Of a DNA stretch of 64,000 nt, positions 42,701-50,238 are shown piece after piece. The stretch spans positions 28,213-92,212 of the IMG/VR virus record IMGVR_UViG_3300036985_002432. One strand, written 5' to 3'. The DNA comes from a virus. The first letter of the stretch is position 1. Each line of letters begins with the position of its first letter. A program made the translations under genes and the position numbers. The notes beneath the pieces were generated by a model, which saw nothing but the letters and a program-made list of their open reading frames with translations, did no database searches and had not been told where the DNA came from.

Positions 42701-42839
42701 GCAAATGAAAAATGAAGATGGCACATTTGATTACAAATTATGGAATCATATTGGAGCTATATGGGGTGTTAAAGGTAAAAACTATGATCCAATAACAGCT
42801 ATTAAGTCTAAAGAGACTGCAGAAAATTTAGGAATGTAA
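36771..42839 (+). CDS. Giant ejection-type virion protein with zincin metallopeptidase, LysM domain and C-terminal hydrophobic helix
   Basis: 2022 aa; HEYGH at 37536-37550; LysM-like HEFAAGDTLASIAKKYNTTVEELKAKN..LTEGDTIQI at about 41883-42011; ALIALSAIAIYFIFG segment. Confidence 0.75.
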   Translation: MARCIITSSPQFKSLEKVYGTKLAQSFIINYSIDVMKVAADEDYYYPSKIEIRDWLTATRSKIINNVTTALRVNPYLNEHAIKSLLKGVIHQLDGKQYITRGTSNYGSTVETAAAYNLIFKPNLDLLTGLAKRFPNIFEITDRTDNLYTKEVIINPINDRDEAYAVEDRASTIESFMNSYPEARKTLENERILEVADKLAQKLQQATGVPYEFIKPEDAYEILLDTKTPYDSQAAFYFNNKIYFVGDYLTPDSVLHEYGHPLIKTLSISNRPLFDNLYRQLEADTTGAAIIAEVKAKYPELFNAENDSENDRFKEECLVTALARDAESKVDKLIETESGFRKFMTNLIYAIKQVLKSIVKKVNLKTLSSSTTLKQLSDMIVSEDFVVDKIVFDESDFAEFKKEIDTINQQFSKVTPETLTKTVNDFYNRILVIAEAVKKSPNVLKQELKGKDGTKIFNYIKGYMRRTGAVTANINNIEVEDVINASVDMNLKFRNQSLALYNSINEINMFTENVDNILDSFNNLENYTANDVIPKINYYSNILSANSDLVQSIKKTIGLSKNNEFIKILNGISHTIGESQDKIKALQKRFIVEFYGEETEGMNQSVEERFKANVTQFLKTEQIDDATIEAFINKIITNPDGLVFSIEEVGVPVSKGVGREIVDSVREYYLKRLGESNLTSYLSGEKKDVNYFGSMFAPYMYMNDPIIAGGARSLNNALAGVQRANLKQKDQNANILVPKLKAVNYTGNNVSAVANKILFTDKIGYKNSKTGEFEEKEVLAWHQLHKNYRYDRNKLQFEYEQALEKNDPIAIKEAFQAAEKFQEDYMYREFKKEVYDVKKMWTQSNEVIHPETKQAFIVDAETSFEAQREMQAQRENLNALSASDTDELADMQKMTQYTIANMEYKKLYDVRNPDGTLKTGKELEKVLVRKKYRTESGKFYESFVDQDRIQKDFDNYISRLASVGITLEDTPDEFDEEISKWEKQNFRTAYTQEYYNAKTRAQEQIKSILNKPGAKKTEVAQKLADLYTDRSQLVNQITDKNGQANGLQVAPETLKRLKKIEEDIVGLEEKYDKYTGLTKAESSLLQSYKNKLKNDIALTQEESDEYNTLFNTVNEMGLGALEQEQLSTQYKILGALNSKEPTEYYIEAINYVLRGLDMDEITIDNADDWINSPKLIEAMGKSEDFRNWFLLNHYEKESWDSAYKTKSPKLFRTAVWTVSKPNDDASYKTTTLINPITGKEMVIKGVPGSKYIYNNVKKEYKTGYNPVTDTVDLIVGKHITNISKNDFLPRDYNPREADSAVDNKYINQEYVAMKNANTPEFQLVDSITKLILSGQKDFLKGGKLYLDYPRMYHRSNLELIQAGKVGEKFNIVKEAALRLVDKTKRPDAQAQGFNFDVDQILVTTDLSGEPISRIPIDGLSNLDKKDVSLDFLRAFEDYLASGNEQTAKNELLPLFQTISDVINDPDNANKDIKLASRQVKKATGLLSLVKTNSASKRGKAFDYLLDKIFYGKKNNQYMDEHVMVTKITNMIMSASSRSIIGMDMVSAAKQRFGQKWQNIIEGAGGDSVTYKSLALGKAKSLKTIYELMSGGVYSVGPKSLNIQMMEYFDPITGKTDKDFSKSASRTFTKDMLDMTFMYDIRRMAELEGGLALYEGMMHNKWIDQTQPDGSVKKILYATAFELDDNNIIKLKDGINPEWGLHAIKHEFAAGDTLASIAKKYNTTVEELKAKNKIINESKLTEGDTIQISNSVLFNDFRLKIQDRGYKLNGLIDDFNSPQAGQYLGWKFFTFYKNFAGGFLLNRFQMDMSKGNIGGAVYNFGSNTLTKGYYISAYQGMLKMIKNLHKGWPLLTKEEKMGMAKTLMEGALIALSAIAIYFIFGYDPDDEERFKKLKQRELDYGYAGVMSNHLLYQVMAVKSENEAFFPVLGIDDMLSLVQNTSIAFGHVKNLYKIGADLGNMMIGDDAARYKSDVGPYPWQMKNEDGTFDYKLWNHIGAIWGVKGKNYDPITAIKSKETAENLGM

Positions 42840-42858
42840 TACAATAAATTAAATAATC

Positions 42859-42999
42859 ATGGCAAAGGCTACGTCAGCAACAACAAAAACCTACAGTAGA
42901 CCAAAGGTATCAAGACCGGGTATACATGGTAAGTCTAAAAGTTCTAAGTTAAAAAGCTCTAAGAACTATAAAAAGGCATACGGAAGACAGGGTAGATAA
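42859..42999 (+). CDS. Small highly basic peptide (46 aa), possible nucleic-acid-binding virion protein
   Basis: Manually translated MAKATSATTKTYSRPKVSRPGIHGKSKSSKLKSSKNYKKAYGRQGR; AT-rich leader; fills the gap before the terminator; below the ORF-track size cutoff. Confidence 0.75.
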   Translation: MAKATSATTKTYSRPKVSRPGIHGKSKSSKLKSSKNYKKAYGRQGR

Positions 43000-43040
43000 A
43001 AAAAAGGGGACTCACAATTAAGTGAATCCCCTATTTTATT
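42998..43040. terminator. Intrinsic terminator at the convergence of the two gene blocks
   Basis: GGGGACTCAC/GTGAATCCCC stem (fully paired with one G-U on the minus-strand RNA), A-run on the left and T-rich tract on the right. Confidence 0.85.
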
Positions 43041-43212
43041 TTATAAACTTTTTTAGTTTACTTAAATTTTTTTCATTTAAGCCTGATAAATCTGTTAAGT
43101 TTACTTTAAACAATCCAGATTCCTTTTTCTTATCTTTTGTTACTAATACATAGTTAGTATCATCACATAAGTAAGTAGCATACACTATTTCTCCTTGATA
43201 ATCTACTTTCAT
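43036..43212 (-). CDS. Hypothetical protein (58 aa)
   Basis: Manually translated MKVDYQGEIVYATYLCDD...KKFIK; ATGA overlap with the upstream small ORF. Confidence 0.65.
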   Translation of the reverse strand: MKVDYQGEIVYATYLCDDTNYVLVTKDKKKESGLFKVNLTDLSGLNEKNLSKLKKFIK

Positions 43213-43370
43213 TTTTGTTGCATTACAAAGTTAATAGCTGCTTGTAACTGTGCTACATCATCTATTTGACATGTCACATCCCCTTCTTCAGATTGAATAG
43301 TGATAGAAAGAGTACCTTCATCATTTGTTAATGATAAATTTGAATCTTCTGTGCTAATTGTTATTGTCAT
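43209..43370 (-). CDS. Hypothetical acidic protein (53 aa)
   Basis: Manually translated MTITISTEDSNLSL...FVMQQK; preceded by TATATTTG. Confidence 0.7.
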   Translation of the reverse strand: MTITISTEDSNLSLTNDEGTLSITIQSEEGDVTCQIDDVAQLQAAINFVMQQK

Positions 43371-43387
43371 AATATATTATTTAATTA

Positions 43388-43395
43388 CAAATATA
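43388..43395 (-). promoter_or_regulatory. Bacteroidota-type -7 promoter element TATATTTG
   Basis: Matches TAnnTTTG, 17 nt upstream of the ATG at 43370 and directly after a terminator. Confidence 0.65.
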
Positions 43396-43428
43396 AAAAA
43401 AAAGGAGACAACCTAAGTCATCTCCTTT
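43395..43428 (-). terminator. Intrinsic terminator
   Basis: AAAGGAGA/TCTCCTTT stem followed by a long U-run on the minus strand; an additional hairpin at 43451-43469. Confidence 0.8.
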
Positions 43429-43474
43429 AATTGATTATTTATTTATTTAACCTGTGGTCTAACCACAAGTATTT

Positions 43475-44902
43475 TTACAGAAAATAACCATCTGTAGTAG
43501 GTTGTTCATCATCATCAAGATTTAAATCAAAGTCATTACTAGGAGTTATTTCCATTTTGGAAACATCAAATAAAGCTTCTTCTTCAATTATTTCTTGATT
43601 AATCTCTGCTTCAATTATTAAAAATTCTTCAGGAGTTGGTGTTAAAGTTGTTTGATCTACTATAGGAGCTTCAAATGTATTACCAACTGGATCAGTATAA
43701 TGAATTACTTCATCAATAGGAACATTTTTTACTTCATTTTCTGTAACTTCAATACCAGATATTCCATAGATTAACTTTTCTTGAAAAGATTGAATCAATA
43801 CTTCTTCTATTGCAATATTACGATCAAGCACTTCTTCAAGTTCACCTTCAATGTCAGCTACTCTTTCTAAATACTCTTGATCAGATTCTACATGAATAAC
43901 AATATCTTCAGGTGCTTTAACACCTGCAAATTGAGCCATAGCAAAAGTATCTGCTTCAAGTTCAAGTTTAAGTTCAACTTCTCTAGCATTCATAAAAGTA
44001 GTTTCAGCTAATTCTAGTTCAGCTGCTAACTCTTTTGTTACATTTGCATCATATCTAATATCTTCATCCATTTGATCTGCTTCCATATCAGCTAATTGAT
44101 GCAATAGATTAGTTTGATTATCCGGTTGACCATAGTTTAATGCTAAGGGATCTTGAATAAACAAATCTTCAAGTGTTTGAAAATTCTCTAAATCAAATTC
44201 CATGCTTAAGAACCAGTGCAACTTTCTTTGATCTTCCATCCAATTTTTTGGGTGAGATTTCTTAAGTGCTAAAGTAACATGATTATAGAAACTCCACAAT
44301 GAATTTACATCACCATTATAAAAGAATGATGGCTTATCCATTTGTTGTTTTACTAAACTCATTTGTTCAGTAGTAAGAATTTCATACTCAGCAAACAATA
44401 CTCCTAGTAATTCAGCTTGTCTTTTAGTATCAATAATAACTTCTTTCATGATATTCTTGTCAGTTACAAGTCTATCATAATATACCTGAGCATTTGATAT
44501 CTGATCAGCAATTGTTTTTTGAGCTTCTATATCTGCTGTCCCTGTATGCTTTCTTCCCCATGAACCCATGTCACCACAGATCATACCGTTTAAACATACA
44601 AATACATATCCTCCAATAGCACATTTAAAACGTACTTGTTTATTATAACTGTTTGACCAAGCAAACATCATCCCTATTTCTTCATCCCCATCATAATTTA
44701 AATAATAGGTTCCTTGTGCTATATTTCCATCTGCAGTGCATCTAAAAGATTCACTCTTAACATTAAACCCAAACTGTGTAAGTTGGGCTAATGTATAATC
44801 CATAACTGATTCATGTGATATTACTGTATATGAGTCTTCAAATACAGGTAACGGAACACTACATAGATATTCTCTTGTAGCTTCTTTAATTCTTACTGCC
44901 AT
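43475..44902 (-). CDS. DUF932-family protein with long acidic C-terminal extension
   Basis: SYTVISH, NSYNKQ..F..GGYVFVCLNGM..KHTG motifs; D/E-rich C-terminal half. Confidence 0.7.
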   Translation of the reverse strand: MAVRIKEATREYLCSVPLPVFEDSYTVISHESVMDYTLAQLTQFGFNVKSESFRCTADGNIAQGTYYLNYDGDEEIGMMFAWSNSYNKQVRFKCAIGGYVFVCLNGMICGDMGSWGRKHTGTADIEAQKTIADQISNAQVYYDRLVTDKNIMKEVIIDTKRQAELLGVLFAEYEILTTEQMSLVKQQMDKPSFFYNGDVNSLWSFYNHVTLALKKSHPKNWMEDQRKLHWFLSMEFDLENFQTLEDLFIQDPLALNYGQPDNQTNLLHQLADMEADQMDEDIRYDANVTKELAAELELAETTFMNAREVELKLELEADTFAMAQFAGVKAPEDIVIHVESDQEYLERVADIEGELEEVLDRNIAIEEVLIQSFQEKLIYGISGIEVTENEVKNVPIDEVIHYTDPVGNTFEAPIVDQTTLTPTPEEFLIIEAEINQEIIEEEALFDVSKMEITPSNDFDLNLDDDEQPTTDGYFL

Positions 44903-46896
44903 TAAAATAATTTTAATTGGTTAATTCTTGGTTGTAGACTATTGATTTCTTTCTCAATCTTCTCTAAATAGTAATCATAATTAATTTCATACTCTGAAAA
45001 TGGTAACTCAACATAATTAATAAATGTATTCTGTAACCACTTGCCTGCTTCTACTTGTATTTCCCGGTTATCTAAAGTGTTCTTTTTAATAATCTTAGAA
45101 CCCTTTTTAGACATATAATATCTTATTGTGTGTTGTAATGGTGTTATAGTATGTACACCATCTGTAATTGTTTCTTCATTGAATCCCCAATCACCTTTAA
45201 TTTTCTTACCACCACAAAAATCAAATATATTAGATTGACTCATAATATATTCTTGTGGGTCTTTATCATGTACAAAATAATTATACACGGCTTTAGGTAC
45301 TACTAAGAAACTTTTGTTTTTATGTAATGCTAGATTATGAAACTCAAATCTACCTTTACACTTTGTTGCACTATATTCATATACATCCGTGGATATTTTT
45401 TTGAATACATAATGCGGATTCTCTGCTTTAATACTTAATACAGTATCATAATTAACTTGCTTTGGTGAACTAACTGCAATATAGTTATTTACATCACCTA
45501 GTATAATCTTACTATAGGCATCATGCTCTAGTTGAAGATTAGTAATCTTTTCCCATTGAGCACATATCTCCATATACTTATCTTGATACTTTCTTGGTAT
45601 AATAGTTTCAAGACCATCAGTATTCTGCATTAATGGTATAGCTTCCGGAATTGCTTCCATAAGCATTTCATATAGCATAGCCAAAGATAACTGACCATTA
45701 ATAGTAATTCTCATAGTAAATTCTGGATCATATAGAAAACAGTTTTTATCATTACTTAATCCATAAGTTGAATTAAGAATAATCTTATATACATAATTTC
45801 TAATATCCTTTTTACTAATCTTTCTTCTTTCATTAAAGAACCATTCATACTGGTCACAGAATTCTTTTTTAGGAAGATGAGCTGGGGCCCATTTATTTCT
45901 AATAGCTAAGTTAGGATAATATGAAACAACATCACTAGACATTATTACCATTTCATCATCTGACTCATATACGCATTTAGTTCTTGCACCATGAATACCG
46001 CCAAGACCAAAATCAGTCTTAACTCCTCTATATTGCACAGAATACTTAAAGGCATTTTTAGTTTCATCCGGATATACAATTGCTTCATTGAATTTCTCTA
46101 ATAGTTTTTGAAATGGTGCAGTAGTAAATGATATATAATCAAGTATAATATCCTTTACTATAATTTGATCTCTAATAGTTCTTAGTTGTCTTAATTCATA
46201 TTTTTTAATACCAGTTTTTTCACTCAAGAAATGCATGAATAATTCTTTAGAAATTCTTGGTTCAGAAGCACTGAATAAGTTAATTCCATACTCATCTGTC
46301 AAAGTCTTTCTTAAAGCTATCTGATCCTTGCTTAACTGCATTATTTTTTTAGTAGAAAGCACATCATTAAGACAATAAGATATAATCTCATCAACTTCTT
46401 CTTGTGTAGTGATTGCTTTACTATGATGAATAGGCATATCTTTGATATTGGCCCAATCCATACTATACTGTATCCACTTTAATGAACTTCTCTTAGCAGG
46501 ATTATCCCAGTGATTTAGTTTAAATACATCTACCTGGCGGATCTGCATTGTTCTATCACTAAATTCTAGAAACTCTCCTGTATTTTGTACTTCAATAATA
46601 TTTTGTGCTTTACCATATATCCATTCTGCAATATCACCTCCAAACATTTCACGGAGTTGATCTGCATTTCTAAGTATATATTCAGTAATTTGACCATCAA
46701 AGCCTAAACCATTAAATGACACATGCCATTCATCTAGTTGTATATTGTGTTCTAAAAAATCTAGAAAGTCTTCTAAATCATTTTGCATAGTTGAGATTAC
46801 AAATACTCTTGTATCATCTGATTTTACATCCTGAAACACGCCTAGGAAACAATTGGATAATGTTTCATAGTCCATGACGTAGTGGGTTCTATTCAT
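44902..46896 (-). CDS. polB: Family B DNA polymerase
   Basis: Exonuclease DYE and FNGLGFD motifs; polymerase motifs SDVVSYYPNL, KIILNSTYG, QNTDG. Confidence 0.93.
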   Translation of the reverse strand: MNRTHYVMDYETLSNCFLGVFQDVKSDDTRVFVISTMQNDLEDFLDFLEHNIQLDEWHVSFNGLGFDGQITEYILRNADQLREMFGGDIAEWIYGKAQNIIEVQNTGEFLEFSDRTMQIRQVDVFKLNHWDNPAKRSSLKWIQYSMDWANIKDMPIHHSKAITTQEEVDEIISYCLNDVLSTKKIMQLSKDQIALRKTLTDEYGINLFSASEPRISKELFMHFLSEKTGIKKYELRQLRTIRDQIIVKDIILDYISFTTAPFQKLLEKFNEAIVYPDETKNAFKYSVQYRGVKTDFGLGGIHGARTKCVYESDDEMVIMSSDVVSYYPNLAIRNKWAPAHLPKKEFCDQYEWFFNERRKISKKDIRNYVYKIILNSTYGLSNDKNCFLYDPEFTMRITINGQLSLAMLYEMLMEAIPEAIPLMQNTDGLETIIPRKYQDKYMEICAQWEKITNLQLEHDAYSKIILGDVNNYIAVSSPKQVNYDTVLSIKAENPHYVFKKISTDVYEYSATKCKGRFEFHNLALHKNKSFLVVPKAVYNYFVHDKDPQEYIMSQSNIFDFCGGKKIKGDWGFNEETITDGVHTITPLQHTIRYYMSKKGSKIIKKNTLDNREIQVEAGKWLQNTFINYVELPFSEYEINYDYYLEKIEKEINSLQPRINQLKLF

Positions 46897-46941
46897 AATA
46901 AATTTATTCAGTTAAGCTGTCTCCCCGTTTAATTAAAATAT

Positions 46942-46961
46942 AAAGGGGCTTTTACACCCCT
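46942..46961 (-). terminator. Probable intrinsic terminator/hairpin
   Basis: Minus strand AGGGGTGTAAAAGCCCCT followed by TTATATTTT. Confidence 0.6.
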
Positions 46962-46967
46962 GTATAT

Positions 46968-47333
46968 TTATTTTGTAGTAAAAGGTGTAATGTCAAACTC
47001 TTCAGAGTTAATACACATTAATTTTATGATATACTTAATAGCATCCATATCTTCAATATAATATTCTTGAAAAGTTTCAATTGACTTCTTCTCTTCTTTA
47101 ATCATTCTACCATTTGGCCTTTTAGTCTTTGTAGGCATTGGATCACCATTGTCATCAAGTTTAGGTAACATATGCATAGCAACTTTAGTTACTTTACTAA
47201 TTACTACAAATACTTTTTGTTCTGGATCCCAAATGCATTCTACATATGGACAGTTTTCACTTATTGGTAAAGTTCTAAAAGTTTGTTGATCATTCCAAGT
47301 AGATTTTACTAGGATCATTGAATCTTTATTCAT
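46968..47333 (-). CDS. Hypothetical protein
   Basis: ATG at 47333 (MNKDSMILVK) avoids overlap with the upstream gene. Confidence 0.75.
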   Translation of the reverse strand: MNKDSMILVKSTWNDQQTFRTLPISENCPYVECIWDPEQKVFVVISKVTKVAMHMLPKLDDNGDPMPTKTKRPNGRMIKEEKKSIETFQEYYIEDMDAIKYIIKLMCINSEEFDITPFTTK

Positions 47334-47359
47334 TCTTTGGTTTTTAATGTTAATACAAA

Positions 47360-47926
47360 TTAATCTAAAATTTTTGTTATTTGCAAATCTTGCACCTTTT
47401 GATATAGTATTTCTTTTTCTAGATCTGGTTTGCTGCACAATTCTCCTACCTCTTTTAATAAACTTTCTTCACATTGCAATAGCTCAGAATATATAGCAAA
47501 ATAATCACTTGGAAACAAGTAACTATTTATATATACATGGTTAGCTGGATTGTTCTGAAAATAATTTGAAATTTTACGCTTTACATTTGGAGTTAATTTA
47601 CTATACTTACCTTGAATAAGGTTATGCCAATCATCACTTATATCTGAAAAATCAAATGCTACTAGCATTTCATCATCATTAATTTTCATTAAATCAGCTA
47701 ATCTTGAATGCTTTAACAGTATATTTTTTTCAAAATTTATATACTGTGCATCTTCTCTTGACTTGTATATTGTAATCAACTTTACATCCTCGGGAGTATA
47801 ATAGCCATCCCAACCTAAATAGGTTTGAATTGGAGTTACACTACTACCTTTTTTGATATCTAAGAGTGGATATAAAAATATCTTAGACTTTTGAAAATAT
47901 TGCCCATAAAGCGCATTAATTGCCAT
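47360..47926 (-). CDS. Hypothetical protein
   Basis: 188-aa ORF tightly packed in the operon. Confidence 0.8.
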   Translation of the reverse strand: MAINALYGQYFQKSKIFLYPLLDIKKGSSVTPIQTYLGWDGYYTPEDVKLITIYKSREDAQYINFEKNILLKHSRLADLMKINDDEMLVAFDFSDISDDWHNLIQGKYSKLTPNVKRKISNYFQNNPANHVYINSYLFPSDYFAIYSELLQCEESLLKEVGELCSKPDLEKEILYQKVQDLQITKILD

Positions 47927-47930
47927 AAAC

Positions 47931-48980
47931 TTAAAGTATTACATTACCTTTTGCTAAATCATATGGTAGTGTAAAGTCTTTGTCTGTATAGTGATAATCT
48001 AATACCTCTAACATACTCAAGAAATCTTCTTGCCATATGGATAGTGTTTCTTTTGATACCTGAAATGGATATATCTGATTAAACTTATCTATTACAATAA
48101 ATGTTATCACTATTTGCCATTCAGCAATATCTGGTACTTCCTTTAAATAATTAAACCAAGCTAGTTGTTGATACATGACGGCCTGTATCCAATATTTATA
48201 ATATCCAACTGCATCTGGAAAATCCTGTAAGGCTTTACCCGTTGTTTTTAAGTCATTTATAAATAATATTTTTTGGTCATAGTCAATGACTACATTGTCA
48301 AGTATACCTTTAAATCCAAACTTGTATCTACCTGGTTCAACTTTTAAAGCTACTTCATTTAATATCTTGACATTAGGGTTGTTAACCGTGTCAAGTTGAA
48401 GTAAAGATCTAACTGATTTGTGTTCTCTTAACAATTCTACAGATACTTTACAGCCATCTAAAGTTTGTTGGTCAATCACAGTTTTATCAGCTTTCTTCTT
48501 AAGAAAGTCAAAGTATTCTTTGTTTTGTTCTGTAAGTACTTTTTCAAGTCTTTTTGAGTCTCCAGTTTTAGTTAGATCTTTTTTGTCATCTACTAAGCTT
48601 TGGTGTAAGTTGAGGGATAAGAGTTGTATAAGTATGTCATCTGAGAAGTCCTCCAAAGATAATGAATTATTATTTAATGGCATGTAACATTTATTGAAAA
48701 TATTTGTTACAATTATTAAATTATTATCTGTAGGAACTTTACCTGGCATAACTATGAATTGTTTATCAAAGTTTTCAGGTTCTAATAACAAACAATGTAG
48801 TGCTCTACCTGTTACCAGGTGAGCATCTATACTGTCTTCTTTTTGTTTTAGTATATAATGATCATAAAACATTCTAGGTGAGAACAATAATTTATTTATG
48901 CTGCTGTAGCTAAAATAAAATGTTTCATCATAAAACTTGTTTAATTCTTCATTAAAGGGCAAAATAGTCTGTAGACTCAT
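47931..48980 (-). CDS. PD-(D/E)XK exonuclease (RecE/DUF3799-like)
   Basis: FSYSSIN, GRALHCLLLEP, KGILD..INDLKTT, YWIQAVMY motifs. Confidence 0.85.
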   Translation of the reverse strand: MSLQTILPFNEELNKFYDETFYFSYSSINKLLFSPRMFYDHYILKQKEDSIDAHLVTGRALHCLLLEPENFDKQFIVMPGKVPTDNNLIIVTNIFNKCYMPLNNNSLSLEDFSDDILIQLLSLNLHQSLVDDKKDLTKTGDSKRLEKVLTEQNKEYFDFLKKKADKTVIDQQTLDGCKVSVELLREHKSVRSLLQLDTVNNPNVKILNEVALKVEPGRYKFGFKGILDNVVIDYDQKILFINDLKTTGKALQDFPDAVGYYKYWIQAVMYQQLAWFNYLKEVPDIAEWQIVITFIVIDKFNQIYPFQVSKETLSIWQEDFLSMLEVLDYHYTDKDFTLPYDLAKGNVIL

Positions 48981-50145
48981 CTTTTATCTCTATTTCAATT
49001 ATTTCCGGAACCATTTCCTCTTCAATCATCACTGTTTCTTCTATTTCAGGGGAGGCAACTTCAAATACATGCTCTTCAATCATAGTATAAGTATAGTCTT
49101 CTTGCATTATGTCTAATACATCAGAATTAACTGTTATAACTTTTACTTTAAAATATCCTGAATCACCTCCGTTTTGAATTACATCCCCGTGTAGCTTTAG
49201 TATTATGTCCAAGTTTTCTTTAGTAAACTTATTATGTTTCTTTAAGCTACTCATAATATCATCAACATTAGTACTATAGCCATATGACTTACCTAAGAAG
49301 CTTAATAAACTTTTAAAGTTTACATGACTTTTAGTTTTTGTATCATTTATCTTATATGAGTGATCACAAAATAACAACTCAAGATAAAGTAAACTTTTAT
49401 CATAATGACAATTAGCCATAATCTCCATTGCCAGTGTCCAGTTATCTCTATCTGTACTAGCAAACATTTCATTTAGACTTTCAAACATTTGATTATCAAT
49501 CTCAATAGCTGCATCACCATTTAAATGTAGTAATAAAGCTGACTCATCATAAAGTGTTTTATTAATTATGAATTCATAATTATTTATTTGATCAGCACTT
49601 AATATTACAAATCTTTCACTGTATCTATAATATTTTTCAAAATCATATGTATAATCAAATGGTAAAGAACTATTAGAAATAATATTATGCAATGTATTAT
49701 GGTCCGTTAATATTTCAGGAAGTGTATAAAACTCTAATGCTGTTTCAATTCTTTCATATTTAAAAACATCCATATAATCTTTTGCAAGAAGCATGAATGC
49801 TTTAAATTCTTCAGTATTAATTTTATATTCATAAATACTATCTGTTATTTTATCAAATGAATTGCTAGATCCAAATATATGGGTTGCTTCATTTATATCT
49901 CTTACAGTTTTAATTTTATAATCAACTGCTAAGTTTTTCATTTTTACTCTAGGAATAGTAACTCCTTTTAAAAAATATAACTTATCATTTAAAGAAGGTG
50001 TATATACAGTTTCAAGATTTGATAATGTATTATTATATCCAAATGCCCCAGTACAAAATTCTATTTGTGATGCAAGATTTAAATCTAGAGCATTATCATA
50101 AAATTTATCATTGAGAGCCATGGTAATTTTTAAATATGTATTCAT
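48952..50145 (-). CDS. Hypothetical protein (possible BRCT-like N-terminal segment)
   Basis: 397-aa ORF; LYFLKGVTIPR..KTVRDINEATHI loosely resembles BRCT; function unsupported. Confidence 0.6.
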   Translation of the reverse strand: MNTYLKITMALNDKFYDNALDLNLASQIEFCTGAFGYNNTLSNLETVYTPSLNDKLYFLKGVTIPRVKMKNLAVDYKIKTVRDINEATHIFGSSNSFDKITDSIYEYKINTEEFKAFMLLAKDYMDVFKYERIETALEFYTLPEILTDHNTLHNIISNSSLPFDYTYDFEKYYRYSERFVILSADQINNYEFIINKTLYDESALLLHLNGDAAIEIDNQMFESLNEMFASTDRDNWTLAMEIMANCHYDKSLLYLELLFCDHSYKINDTKTKSHVNFKSLLSFLGKSYGYSTNVDDIMSSLKKHNKFTKENLDIILKLHGDVIQNGGDSGYFKVKVITVNSDVLDIMQEDYTYTMIEEHVFEVASPEIEETVMIEEEMVPEIIEIEIKDESTDYFAL

Positions 50146-50156
50146 TTTAATTAGTT

Positions 50157-50181
50157 AAAAAGCCGGCTATTACACCGGCTT
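50157..50181 (-). terminator. Intrinsic terminator
   Basis: Minus strand AAGCCGGTGTAATAGCCGGCTT followed by a T-run. Confidence 0.8.
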
Positions 50182-50238
50182 ATATTTGTATTATATTTAT
50201 TTATTGTTCCATTTATTGGGAAACTGTTTAATGTGTGA

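Noticed and set aside
2072-42724. Many short minus-strand and alternative-frame ORFs inside the large plus-strand genes
   Set aside because: Shadow ORFs fully nested in long genes, with F/I/S/L-rich composition typical of antisense reading of AT-rich coding DNA.
50181-50188. Plus-strand TATATTTG pointing antisense into the AAA ATPase gene
   Set aside because: An 8-mer in very AT-rich spacer with no credible downstream gene; cannot be distinguished from chance without transcript data.
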